This document shows, piece after piece, positions 48,890 through 58,089 of a stretch of 64,000 nucleotides of DNA. Below the pieces are notes generated by a model. That model made no database searches. It was given only the letters and a program-made list of their open reading frames with translations, and was not told the DNA's origin. The DNA is from an uncultured Candidatus Saccharibacteria bacterium (GTDB lineage: Bacteria; Patescibacteriota; Dojkabacteria; SC72; JAFGCJ01). The translations under genes were made by a program, and so were the position numbers. Position 1 is the first letter of the stretch. Every line of letters begins with the position of its first letter. The stretch lies in assembly GCA_964481345.1 (NCBI GenBank), contig CAYZTC010000003.1, positions 6,653 through 70,652 on the forward strand. Reading direction: 5' to 3'.

Positions 48890-49168
48890 ATGAGTATGAA
48901 ACAAATTCATATTATAGTTAGTGGGGATGTTCAGGGTGTTTCATTTAGGATAAGAACGTGCCGATTTGGGAAGAAGAACAGTTTGAATGGAAGAGTCTGG
49001 AACAATCCTGATGGTACTGTTGAAATTTTCGCACAAGGGGAAAAAGATGATCTAATTAAACTACTAGAATGGTCGAAAACTGGTGAGGGGTCTGCTTGTG
49101 TTACAAAAGTTCAATATGATTGGGAAGATCCAGAAGAGCTCTATGATGATTTTTTGATTTTACGATAG
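48890..49168 (+). CDS. acyP: acylphosphatase
   Basis: VSGDVQGVSFR and GRVWNNPDGTVEI signatures, 92 aa. Confidence 0.8.
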   Translation: MSMKQIHIIVSGDVQGVSFRIRTCRFGKKNSLNGRVWNNPDGTVEIFAQGEKDDLIKLLEWSKTGEGSACVTKVQYDWEDPEELYDDFLILR

Positions 49169-49992
49169 TACTTATATCTTTTTAAGCTTGTAACTAGTAA
49201 AGCTATTATTCCAACACCAATGATAAAATACTTAATAAATGAGCTGGGGATCATCCAAAAAGTTAAGGTTTCTGATTGAAGTTCAGTACTGCCTGAAAGA
49301 ACGTACAATGTAGCCTCATATTTGCCAAACTTTTCCCTTACCCAGGAGACCGTCTCTTTAATATACGATTCAGGAAGTAAGGTTATATCTGCTTTTGAGA
49401 CGGGAATAGTATTTATTCTTGTCTTTTCCTCATTATTTAATAGATTCACTTGATGGAATTCTATATATGATGTGGGAGAAAAATACGTGTTGCCATTATT
49501 GGTAATTGTTAATGAGAAATTTGATGTATTCCCGAACACTACTGAAGATGTTTCATATCGGTCTATTGAGGCAGAGATGTTTCTTTCTTCAGACAGGTCA
49601 ATATAGAGTGGTATTACCTGTTCTGTGACTATTTCAGTTCCATCAGAAGATTCTGTAGAAGATTGACTTAAAATAATTGCAGGGTAGTAAGATGTAGTCT
49701 CGAGTTTTTCCTCTTGGGGGATTTCAAGTTGAACTACCAACTCTTCCGTTTGATTGGCTTCAACAGTTAGTTCCTCCGAGCTAAACCAGCTATCGAATTC
49801 GTCTGTTATTTCGAATTGATTTTGGTTTGTATTTCTCTCCTGGGTAAATTTTCCAAATGAAGGTGATATTCTAATATCCGAGTTGCTTTCATTTTTGATA
49901 TTTACGGTAATAAAATAGATATTACCTTGCTCGATAGATGCTTTAAAGTATGCGGGATAAATAAGAATTCCACCCTCATCAGATTCTTCCAT
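49141..49992 (-). CDS. hypothetical cell-surface protein with C-terminal VIP motif, TM helix and basic tail anchor
   Basis: C-terminus TFWMIPSSFIKYFIIGVGIIALLVTSLKRYKYYRKIKK. Ser/Thr/Asn-rich body. First gene downstream of the surface-protein array. Confidence 0.45.
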   Translation of the reverse strand: MEESDEGGILIYPAYFKASIEQGNIYFITVNIKNESNSDIRISPSFGKFTQERNTNQNQFEITDEFDSWFSSEELTVEANQTEELVVQLEIPQEEKLETTSYYPAIILSQSSTESSDGTEIVTEQVIPLYIDLSEERNISASIDRYETSSVVFGNTSNFSLTITNNGNTYFSPTSYIEFHQVNLLNNEEKTRINTIPVSKADITLLPESYIKETVSWVREKFGKYEATLYVLSGSTELQSETLTFWMIPSSFIKYFIIGVGIIALLVTSLKRYKYYRKIKKSS

Positions 49993-50011
49993 AATTACCT
50001 ATTTTATCAGT

Positions 50012-51034
50012 TTATTTGAACCTGCGAGCAGAAGCAGTAAATTGTTCCTTTCTCTTTTTTCTTATCCTGTTGATAATAACTATTATTCCTACAATCAGTG
50101 CAATCAGTATAAGCATTAATTTCCATGGTATTACCCAGAAACTGACTTCTTTTTCTACTGTAATCCTTTCCCCATTTACCGTATGTTTAAATTTCATAGT
50201 TGCAGTATATTCTCCGAAAAATAGTCTTGGAAATTTAGACTGATCCATTTTCAAACTTCCGGCCTCATAATACAAAAAGCCATCAGTAAATGACTCAGAA
50301 TATGCTCTAACGTTGCCTGGAAGTGCCATTCCTTGTGCTTCATTGAATACCAACGTGCCCACTGGATTACTAATATCTCCCCTATGAATAAAGATATTGC
50401 CACCGGGAAGCTGATGCACACTACCTGTATTTTCATATCTAATTTGAAAGTTTACAGGCAAAAACTCATATAGAGTTTTATCTGTTGTAAAATCAAGTAC
50501 AGATCCGTTTTGTTCCGCATCCCCTCTTATTGTGAGAAACACTAATGAGACAATATTTTTGCTTACACTTACCGCCTCGCCTGATGTTTCAGGAGTATCT
50601 CCATAAATTAAAGCTACATAATATCCACCAGGATCTGCATCATCTGGAATCTGAATTGTAATGTTGGATTGTTTTGTTTCACCGGAATTAAGGGCATATT
50701 CATCCTCTTCAAACACAACCCATGCAGCCGTGTTGATTATATCTGGCAGGTTTTCGTCAAAAAGATATTCAGGACTACCTGTTTCTCCTGACTGTGTAAA
50801 AGGTTTTGCATCTGGATAAAAAGTGACTGGATCATCTGATTCAAAATTGTGAGTAAGGTTAACGGTAGTTTCGTATAACTGTCCTGGATCTACATCTGTG
50901 ATTATTATTGCTGGATCAATTATTATTCCAAGATATAGTTCATCTTCATCCTGTGCTCTAACGATAAAAGGAAATAATAACGAAACAATTAGGATAGCTG
51001 CTGTTAGGATGAACGTTTTTATTTGTTTTTTCAT
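50012..51034 (-). CDS. secreted cell-surface protein with C-terminal VIP motif, TM helix and basic tail anchor
   Basis: Signal peptide (ILIVSLLFPFIVRAQ). C-terminus SFWVIPWKLMLILIALIVGIIVIINRIRKKRK. Confidence 0.5.
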   Translation of the reverse strand: MKKQIKTFILTAAILIVSLLFPFIVRAQDEDELYLGIIIDPAIIITDVDPGQLYETTVNLTHNFESDDPVTFYPDAKPFTQSGETGSPEYLFDENLPDIINTAAWVVFEEDEYALNSGETKQSNITIQIPDDADPGGYYVALIYGDTPETSGEAVSVSKNIVSLVFLTIRGDAEQNGSVLDFTTDKTLYEFLPVNFQIRYENTGSVHQLPGGNIFIHRGDISNPVGTLVFNEAQGMALPGNVRAYSESFTDGFLYYEAGSLKMDQSKFPRLFFGEYTATMKFKHTVNGERITVEKEVSFWVIPWKLMLILIALIVGIIVIINRIRKKRKEQFTASARRFK

Positions 51035-51055
51035 TAGGACAGTTTATTTAACTAA

Positions 51056-52084
51056 TTAAAAAGATGCAGACACATAATAGGTTGTCGCTTGGGTATAGTT
51101 CCCTGTAAGTGTACCAGCATCCATCGCTGCTCTATGAGTTACCAAAGCAGTATTTACAGTATCTGTCGCGCTTGGAGAATTTGGTCCATCACAGTTGTAC
51201 ATATCTGCTGCTGTCATTGGTATGGGAGTGTCATCATCGTTCCAGTCCCCCATTTCGGTAATAGATCCTCCTGTGCATGCACCACCGTTAAAAGCAATTC
51301 CATATCCCTCTGATCCAGCTGAAACTGTATTTCCTTCAGGTATAGGATCAAGGTCTTCTGAATCTGCTACATTCCCAGATCCTGATCGACGAAGGTCACC
51401 ATCTGAATCAATTTGTACAGTGTATCCGGACGCTGCATTTGTAGCCGGCTTTAATCTATAAGCACAGGTCTTTTCTGTAGTGAGATTTAGAGTACCGAGT
51501 GCACAGGCATTTGTGTCAGAGTTGTCAGCAGAATTTCTAAGTGCAAAGGAAAGAATTGCTATTACATCGGCGGTAACCGCAATATCGTTATCATCGCCTA
51601 CGTATACAAGAGCAGAACCGTAATCATAATCATTTGTATCGTTTATAGAAATCGAATATATTCCCGCACTTGTTGTGTTTGGAAACTTTAGGCACATAGT
51701 CGCGTAGTTCGTAGTTGCCTGGGTTGTTGCTGCGGTAAAAGTATATGTGGCACCTGTTGCAGAGAAACTTCCAAATGAACCGTCACCCGTTGTATCACCA
51801 TCAATGTCTGTTGTTGCTGCGGTACAATCAACAAATGCAGAACCAACATCGCCTGTAACCACAGTAATAGTTTCTGTGTTTGCAAATTCCGTAGCAGAAG
51901 GGTCGTATCTGAATGTAACATCTGTGATAGTGGTTGCCGCGAACTCTGCATTTGCCGGCGAAGTTACTTCTAAGGCAACACCAGCTGCAAAAGTATTAAA
52001 ATGTATTAGAGGCAGTATAAAAAGTGAAAAAATAAGAACCAAAATAATATGCTTCTTATCGAACTTCATCGGCAGGTGCTTCAA
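51056..52084 (-). CDS. secreted Thr/Ala/Gly-rich surface protein, tandem paralog A
   Basis: Signal peptide. About 65% identical to the 52151-53167 product (shared VA.E.TSPANAEFAA.T.TDVTFRYDPSATEFA...YYVSASF). Confidence 0.5.
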   Translation of the reverse strand: MKHLPMKFDKKHIILVLIFSLFILPLIHFNTFAAGVALEVTSPANAEFAATTITDVTFRYDPSATEFANTETITVVTGDVGSAFVDCTAATTDIDGDTTGDGSFGSFSATGATYTFTAATTQATTNYATMCLKFPNTTSAGIYSISINDTNDYDYGSALVYVGDDNDIAVTADVIAILSFALRNSADNSDTNACALGTLNLTTEKTCAYRLKPATNAASGYTVQIDSDGDLRRSGSGNVADSEDLDPIPEGNTVSAGSEGYGIAFNGGACTGGSITEMGDWNDDDTPIPMTAADMYNCDGPNSPSATDTVNTALVTHRAAMDAGTLTGNYTQATTYYVSASF

Positions 52085-52150
52085 ACTTAATTCCTTCTAT
52101 AATTTATTATGAACTATAGGTAGTGTCAAGTAATGACTTGCCTTTATACA

Positions 52151-53167
52151 CTAAAATGATGCAGAAACATAGTAAGTTACAGCTTGAGAATAGTTCCCTG
52201 TCTCAGTTTCAGAGTCTATGGCGGCTCTATGTGTTACCAATGCAGTGTTGGTGGTATCGGTGGCAATAGGAGCATTTGGTCCATCAGATGTATATAAATC
52301 TGTGCTTGTCATAGGAATAGGGGTATCGTCATCATTGAAGTCTCCTGACTCTGTGATATTTCCACCAGTCGCAGACCCGCCGTTGAAAGCAATTCCGTAC
52401 CCCTCAGTACCTGCAGATACTGTATTGTTTTCTATGATAAGATCAATATCCAAATCATCTGAGACGTCTCCAGACCCACTGCTCCGAAGGTCACCATCTG
52501 AATCTATTTGTACAGTGTATCCGCTGGATGAGTTAGTGGATGGTTTTAATCTGTATGCACAAGTATCTACTGATGTTGTATCAAGTACACCAAGATTACA
52601 TGCATTTGTATCTGTTGTGTCGGATGAATTTCTTATTGCAAAAGCAAGAATAGGTGTTACTTCGGCGGTAACAGTTACATCGTTGTCATCACCTACATAC
52701 ACTAGTGCAGCACCATAGTCATCATCATTATTATCACTAATAGAAATTGAATAGATTCCAGTAGTTGTTGAGGCAGGGAATTTTAAGCAAAGTGTTGCAT
52801 AATTTGTTGTAGCTTGAGTTGTAGCTTGGGTAAGGGTATATACTGCCCCACCTGTTGAAAAACTTCCGAATGATCCATCCCCGGTAGTATCTCCATCAAT
52901 ATCGGTAGTTGCACTGGAGCAATCGGCCATATCGTTTGGTACTGACGGTGAAATCGTTACAGTAATTGTATCTGCTGATGCAAATTCTGTAGCAGATGGG
53001 TCATATCTAAATGTAACATCTGTTGCAGTAAGTGCAGCAAATTCTGCATTTGCAGGTGATGTTATCTCTACCGCTACTCCAGTAGCATATGTTTTACTGT
53101 TAAATAAATTGAATATTAATAAAATGATAATAACCGAGGTGATTCTTTTAATATTTCTCTTTTTCAT
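52151..53167 (-). CDS. secreted Thr/Ala/Gly-rich surface protein, tandem paralog B
   Basis: Signal peptide. Paralog of 51056-52084 with an identical C-terminal YYVSASF. Confidence 0.5.
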   Translation of the reverse strand: MKKRNIKRITSVIIILLIFNLFNSKTYATGVAVEITSPANAEFAALTATDVTFRYDPSATEFASADTITVTISPSVPNDMADCSSATTDIDGDTTGDGSFGSFSTGGAVYTLTQATTQATTNYATLCLKFPASTTTGIYSISISDNNDDDYGAALVYVGDDNDVTVTAEVTPILAFAIRNSSDTTDTNACNLGVLDTTSVDTCAYRLKPSTNSSSGYTVQIDSDGDLRSSGSGDVSDDLDIDLIIENNTVSAGTEGYGIAFNGGSATGGNITESGDFNDDDTPIPMTSTDLYTSDGPNAPIATDTTNTALVTHRAAIDSETETGNYSQAVTYYVSASF

Positions 53168-54360
53168 TAAAATGTTCCAGTAGCACTAAATGTAATTGTA
53201 TCGGTGTAGTCAGTGGCAGAACTAGTGGTGTATGATGCTCTTGCTTTTATCCATATTGCAGACCTTCCTTCATGTACCGGACTTCCAGTACCACCACTAC
53301 AGTTACCCTCAGTCTCTTCAATTGAACATAATATTACAGCAGGACTTGTGCTAATGGCACCTACCTCATCTGCACCTGAAGTGTTATACGTTGTAGATTC
53401 TGTTAAATAACCAGGTTGCCCTGACGCAGGAAGCCTCTTTGTGATATTTATCTTCAGTCCATACCCCTCGTCTTCCGAACCTAGATCTTCTGATTGAGAG
53501 TCTATTGTTTTTCCAGTTTGTGAGCTGTATAGACCATTGTATTGATCCCTTACACTTAATGTAGCCCCACTTAAAGCATTTGTACCCAAGTCTATCCATA
53601 TATAATCTGAGGATGTTGTTACAGAAGTTTTCGCAACTATACCAAGATCGATGCTGTATGGTGCACTTGTAGAGCTCCAAGTGTCCCCAGCGATATTTAA
53701 GTCAAGATATATCTGTGGAACAGTAGTAGAGGCAGTTAGATCAGGGCCAGCTTCACTTTCTGAAAAATCTCCATTTAGGGCTCTTGCTCGGATTTTATAT
53801 TGTGTACCTGGGGTAAGTCCTAGAACATTTTCATCTGCCCATGCACCTGTCTCCCAGCTCGACTCAGTAATGTAGTCATTAATATCTTTTGAGCCAGAAA
53901 TGTTGTGTGTTGTTCCATCGACATACTGTACAGTAGTCCAACTATCGTCCGATATCTCTATTAAATACAGAGTATCGTTAGGATTTCCTTCTGCATTTAT
54001 TTCAAATCTTACCCTATCGTAGCATCCACCATGTCCACATATATTTTCCATGGTTCCATCAGTAGCACTAAAGTATGAAATTGAAGGGGTATTTGTCTCA
54101 AATGTGTATCCAGTTCCTACTTCAAGTTTGTAGTTTGCACTTTCAAAACGTTCATCCATTATTGCAACACCTATAGATTCTCTAAGTAAATAGTTTCCAG
54201 ATGTGGACACTTGGTCATCGTTTCCACCAGCACTTATTGTCGGGTCAATGATTTCATACCCACTGCCAGAGGTCATGTTTTGAGCAAATGTTGGTACTGT
54301 AGAAATCAAGAATACTGTAAAAATAATACAAAAAAAACTTACTACCTTAATTATTTTCAT
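53167..54360 (-). CDS. secreted surface protein
   Basis: Signal peptide (FFCIIFTVFLISTVPTFAQ), Ser/Thr/Gly-rich. First gene of the array on the minus strand. Confidence 0.45.
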   Translation of the reverse strand: MKIIKVVSFFCIIFTVFLISTVPTFAQNMTSGSGYEIIDPTISAGGNDDQVSTSGNYLLRESIGVAIMDERFESANYKLEVGTGYTFETNTPSISYFSATDGTMENICGHGGCYDRVRFEINAEGNPNDTLYLIEISDDSWTTVQYVDGTTHNISGSKDINDYITESSWETGAWADENVLGLTPGTQYKIRARALNGDFSESEAGPDLTASTTVPQIYLDLNIAGDTWSSTSAPYSIDLGIVAKTSVTTSSDYIWIDLGTNALSGATLSVRDQYNGLYSSQTGKTIDSQSEDLGSEDEGYGLKINITKRLPASGQPGYLTESTTYNTSGADEVGAISTSPAVILCSIEETEGNCSGGTGSPVHEGRSAIWIKARASYTTSSATDYTDTITFSATGTF

Positions 54361-54403
54361 ATTAATAGATTACCATAAAAAGGGGGTTCAACCAATATAA
54401 TGA

Positions 54404-55231
54404 TTATTCAGTCAGTTTTAGAAGATTGTCAAATATATATGCTACGGTAAGTGGTCCTATACCTCCTGGTACTGGCGTAAAAAAGGTTGCCTTGTTTTTT
54501 ACAGATGGATCAACGTCTCCATATATCTTGCCATTCTTAACTTCAAACCCTGCATCTATTACTATTGTATTATCTTTAATATCTTCTGGAATAATGAAAT
54601 TTGGCTTTCCAACTCCAGAAATTACTACATCTGAGTTTTTTAATCTTTTTTTAATATTAGGAGATTCTGGATTATAAATTCTAACGGTAGCATTCAGTGA
54701 CTTTAAAACGTTAAAAACAGGCTTTCCAGTCAAAAAACCTTCACCTAAAATTATTATGTTAACAGTCTGAATGTTCTGTTTAGTTATTTTTAATGCATTT
54801 TTCAATGTTTCAACGATCGCTTTTGCTACAGGTGAGTATATTTCAGGTATTTTTGTAAGTAACTCTTTAGCTCTTCTTTTACTTAAGCCTTCTACATCTT
54901 TTTCATAAGGTATTGAGTTTAAAACTTTTATGGTGTCTACTTGTTTGGGTAGTGGAAGTTGAATAAGAATGCCTGTTGTCGTTTTAGCAGCAGTTTTTAT
55001 CAGCTGAACCAGTTCCTCAGTCATTGCGTTTTGTGAATATTCATGAATTTCACACTTTATGCCGAGTGATTTTGCAGTTTTGCTTTTTATTTCAGTAAAT
55101 TTGAGCTGAGTGGGGTCATTTCCTGTACGAATGATTGTTAATATGGGTTTAACTTTTGTTTTGGATATTTTCTGCTTAATCTCATAAAGTATTTGGTCAG
55201 CCTGTTCTTTACCGTTAAATATATATGCCAT
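54404..55231 (-). CDS. folD: bifunctional methylenetetrahydrofolate dehydrogenase/cyclohydrolase
   Basis: Length and motifs (ILGEGFLTGKPV, PVPGGIGPLTVAYIFDN) match FolD. Confidence 0.7.
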   Translation of the reverse strand: MAYIFNGKEQADQILYEIKQKISKTKVKPILTIIRTGNDPTQLKFTEIKSKTAKSLGIKCEIHEYSQNAMTEELVQLIKTAAKTTTGILIQLPLPKQVDTIKVLNSIPYEKDVEGLSKRRAKELLTKIPEIYSPVAKAIVETLKNALKITKQNIQTVNIIILGEGFLTGKPVFNVLKSLNATVRIYNPESPNIKKRLKNSDVVISGVGKPNFIIPEDIKDNTIVIDAGFEVKNGKIYGDVDPSVKNKATFFTPVPGGIGPLTVAYIFDNLLKLTE

Positions 55232-55302
55232 TATGTCCGAAGGTTAAATAAACGTTGTAATTGTAGCATATTTTGGCGTTTTTTATGATATAATTCCCTA
55301 GT

Positions 55303-55932
55303 ATGGAGGAGAGAATAAATAAGATATATTCCATACTGCTCCGAGAATATCCAGATGCCCATTGTACTTTAGATATGGTTAGTCCAGGGTTTTTTCTTTT
55401 TGCAAATATATTATCTCCTCAATGTACTGACCGGGTTGCCAACTCTGCAGTTAAAAATCTGTATGAACGCTTTGAGACTGCTGAAAATGTTTCAAAATCA
55501 AATGTAAATGATATTAGAAACATAGTACATCCATGTGGTATGCATAATATAAAATCTGAGAATATTAAAAAATCGGCTCAATTACTTCTCCAAAAATACG
55601 ATGGAAAGCTACCTGACTCAATGGATGGACTTACGGAGTTTCCTGGTATTGGTAGAAAGACTGCTCTAGTTATACTTCATGAGATATTTAGAAAGAATGA
55701 GGGGATTGTTGTAGACACACACAATATTAGGATTTCTAACAGAATTGGGGCATCATCCAGCACTGACCCAGTGGAAGTGGAAGAAGATCTTATGAAAGTG
55801 GTACCAAAAGATAAATGGAGAATGTGGTCCCATCTTATGGTTGCTCACGGAAGAGCTAAGTGTGTAGCACAAAACCCAAAATGCCCCCAATGCCCCATTA
55901 AAGATTTATGTGAGTATGGATTAAATTTGTAG
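55303..55932 (+). CDS. nth: endonuclease III-family DNA glycosylase (HhH-GPD with 4Fe-4S loop)
   Basis: HhH motif LTEFPGIGRKTALVIL, catalytic VVDTH region and C-terminal C-x6-C-x2-C-x5-C (CVAQNPKCPQCPIKDLC). Confidence 0.75.
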   Translation: MEERINKIYSILLREYPDAHCTLDMVSPGFFLFANILSPQCTDRVANSAVKNLYERFETAENVSKSNVNDIRNIVHPCGMHNIKSENIKKSAQLLLQKYDGKLPDSMDGLTEFPGIGRKTALVILHEIFRKNEGIVVDTHNIRISNRIGASSSTDPVEVEEDLMKVVPKDKWRMWSHLMVAHGRAKCVAQNPKCPQCPIKDLCEYGLNL

Positions 55933-55941
55933 CCTGTTAAT

Positions 55942-56433
55942 ATGGGTGAGTCTGCTGAAGGATTATCTGTTAGGGTTGATGTTGTGGATCTTAAGGTAGC
56001 TAAAAAGATCAATTCTCTTCTCGAAACTGATGATAGCCATTTAGAATTAGCTCGTTTCTGTAACCGTAATTATGATTATGCAGTAACTTATATCGGACAA
56101 TTAGTTGTTTGGAACCGGCTTGAAGATGCATACAAAGTATCATCTATATTATTGAATATGGGTGATACTTCTTTATATATTAATGAGAATTCCCTATGTA
56201 AGTTGTCAAATAATGTTACTGAGTCATACAAACGATATGGTGTTACAGATATTGGCATTCCATATAAACTGGTTGCAAAAACATTGGAGATTTTAATTTG
56301 TGCGGAAAATGGATGGGATATAAAAAGGGATTTACCTGAAGATGGAAAAATCCTATTAGGTAGTACAATGCAAAAATTAAATAAGCATTTTCTTAATAGG
56401 ATGTTTACCCCAACAGATAAATCTCGAATATAA
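55942..56433 (+). CDS. hypothetical protein
   Basis: 163 aa, no recognisable domain. Confidence 0.35.
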   Translation: MGESAEGLSVRVDVVDLKVAKKINSLLETDDSHLELARFCNRNYDYAVTYIGQLVVWNRLEDAYKVSSILLNMGDTSLYINENSLCKLSNNVTESYKRYGVTDIGIPYKLVAKTLEILICAENGWDIKRDLPEDGKILLGSTMQKLNKHFLNRMFTPTDKSRI

Positions 56434-56436
56434 CAA

Positions 56437-57357
56437 ATGCTACCAAATACTGAGCAATTAAAGACTGAAATTCAAGATCAAGCATCAGCTTTGGCTGAGG
56501 AAGTAAAGAGTGATTCAAAACAAAAGGATTGTGCAAATATTCTTTATCAGTATATTAATGGGAATCAGATAAATAAGAATGTTGAAAATTTGTTTGTTTC
56601 GACCTTTTATTCCAGTTTGTATCCTGACCTATATGACAGTTTTTTCTTTGAGGATGTATTAAATTCATATGCAGATTATGTTGAAAATCAGGGAAATAAA
56701 TATAGACTGAAAAATGTTAAGTTTGTTACGCTGTATGAGAATGTGTATCGAGACATTGACTTAATTTGTGGTTTTGCAGGACACATCTTTCCATTTGATG
56801 ATATAAGATATTTCAAAGAAAAATTTACTGTTATTAACAGAATATTCAATGGTATCTGTCAGCCTTATTTTGATTTAATCGATAATTTGAACTCCGGAAA
56901 GGCTGAGGCTTTTCTACCTCAATCTGTAATAGAAAACCTTCCTAAGATAAGAAGAAGTAAAGATTTGGGTGTAATAAGAGTTATTGAGGCCGAGAATATC
57001 GATGATAATATGCTTGAACCAATAAATGAGTTATGTACCAACTATCCGGCTTATTCAGTACGTGTGCTTGCTCACCTTTTGTTTTTAGATAGAGATGATG
57101 ATGCGAAAAATTTTGCATCATCAATTACATGGACTAAGAGTCATGTTGACACTTGGGATATTCCTCAAATTCTTAAGACACATTATATGAAAACTAGAAA
57201 GGCCTATCTTCCATCACTGAGATTTTTGAATGATATTTTCAGAATAATAAAGAGTGCTAACAATAATCCTGAAATAATACATTTCTTTGATAAATCAAAG
57301 GATGAGTCAGTAGAAAGATTCAATCGACTTGTTACTAATAGTGGATTTGTTCAGTAA
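56437..57357 (+). CDS. hypothetical protein
   Basis: 306 aa, no recognisable domain. Immediately upstream of lexA. Confidence 0.35.
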   Translation: MLPNTEQLKTEIQDQASALAEEVKSDSKQKDCANILYQYINGNQINKNVENLFVSTFYSSLYPDLYDSFFFEDVLNSYADYVENQGNKYRLKNVKFVTLYENVYRDIDLICGFAGHIFPFDDIRYFKEKFTVINRIFNGICQPYFDLIDNLNSGKAEAFLPQSVIENLPKIRRSKDLGVIRVIEAENIDDNMLEPINELCTNYPAYSVRVLAHLLFLDRDDDAKNFASSITWTKSHVDTWDIPQILKTHYMKTRKAYLPSLRFLNDIFRIIKSANNNPEIIHFFDKSKDESVERFNRLVTNSGFVQ

Positions 57358-57360
57358 TGC

Positions 57361-57389
57361 TTGACAGTGTTTCTCTTCGACGCTATAAT
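57361..57389 (+). promoter_or_regulatory. consensus sigma70 promoter TTGACA-17-TATAAT upstream of lexA, followed by phased TTCGG(C/T)TA direct repeats
   Basis: TTGACA 57361-57366, a 17 nt spacer, and TATAAT 57384-57389. Direct repeats TTCGGTTA at 57393, TTCGGCTA at 57404 and TTCGGCTA at 57426 (spacing 11 and 22 bp). Confidence 0.55.
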
Positions 57390-57432
57390 TAATTCGGTTA
57401 ATGTTCGGCTAATATGTTATTATACTTCGGCT

Positions 57433-58089
57433 ATGAAGAAGCCTTTCAAATCAAGTAATATCCCAGTTTTTGTTGATTCTGTACCGGTATTATATCCAAA
57501 ACAAAGAAAAATTCTAAAGTTTCTGGACCAGTACATTTCTGAAAATGGATTTGCACCCACCCTTACTGAAATAAAAGATTTTCTTGGGGTAAGTGCACTT
57601 TCTACTGTTCATGAGCATTTAATTAAACTTGAGGAAAAGGGATTTTTAGAAAGAAATGATGATGACAAGAGTATTAAGCTAAAGATAATCAAGGGTGATT
57701 TTGCAGGGTCATTGATTAATGTACCACTTGTTGGAATGATTACTGCTGGTCTACCCATCGATGCTTTTGAAGAACCAGAACCAATCCCAGTACCAGTACC
57801 TGCAGATTTAGTTGGAAATAAGAGACTATTCTGTCTAAAAGTAAGGGGAGATAGTATGATTGAAAGTCTTATTTCTGATAGAGATATCGTGATTTGTGAA
57901 AGTGTGCAATACGCAAAGAATGGAGATACCGTTGTGGCTCTACTTGAGGACAATACTGCAACATTAAAAAGGTTTTTCAGAGAAAAGAATATCATACGAC
58001 TTCAACCAGCCAATCCAAACTACAAACCATTACTCGTTGATAATATAACTATCCAGGGGAAAGTTATTGGAGTGTATCGCAAGTATTAG
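57433..58089 (+). CDS. lexA: LexA repressor (S24 peptidase)
   Basis: N-terminal winged HTH (LTEIKDFLGVSALSTVHEHLIKLEEKGFLER). C-terminal S24 domain with Ser (VRGDSM) and Lys (KRF) dyad regions. The ORF track starts at 57361, but the likely start is ATG 57433. Confidence 0.8.
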   Translation: MKKPFKSSNIPVFVDSVPVLYPKQRKILKFLDQYISENGFAPTLTEIKDFLGVSALSTVHEHLIKLEEKGFLERNDDDKSIKLKIIKGDFAGSLINVPLVGMITAGLPIDAFEEPEPIPVPVPADLVGNKRLFCLKVRGDSMIESLISDRDIVICESVQYAKNGDTVVALLEDNTATLKRFFREKNIIRLQPANPNYKPLLVDNITIQGKVIGVYRKY

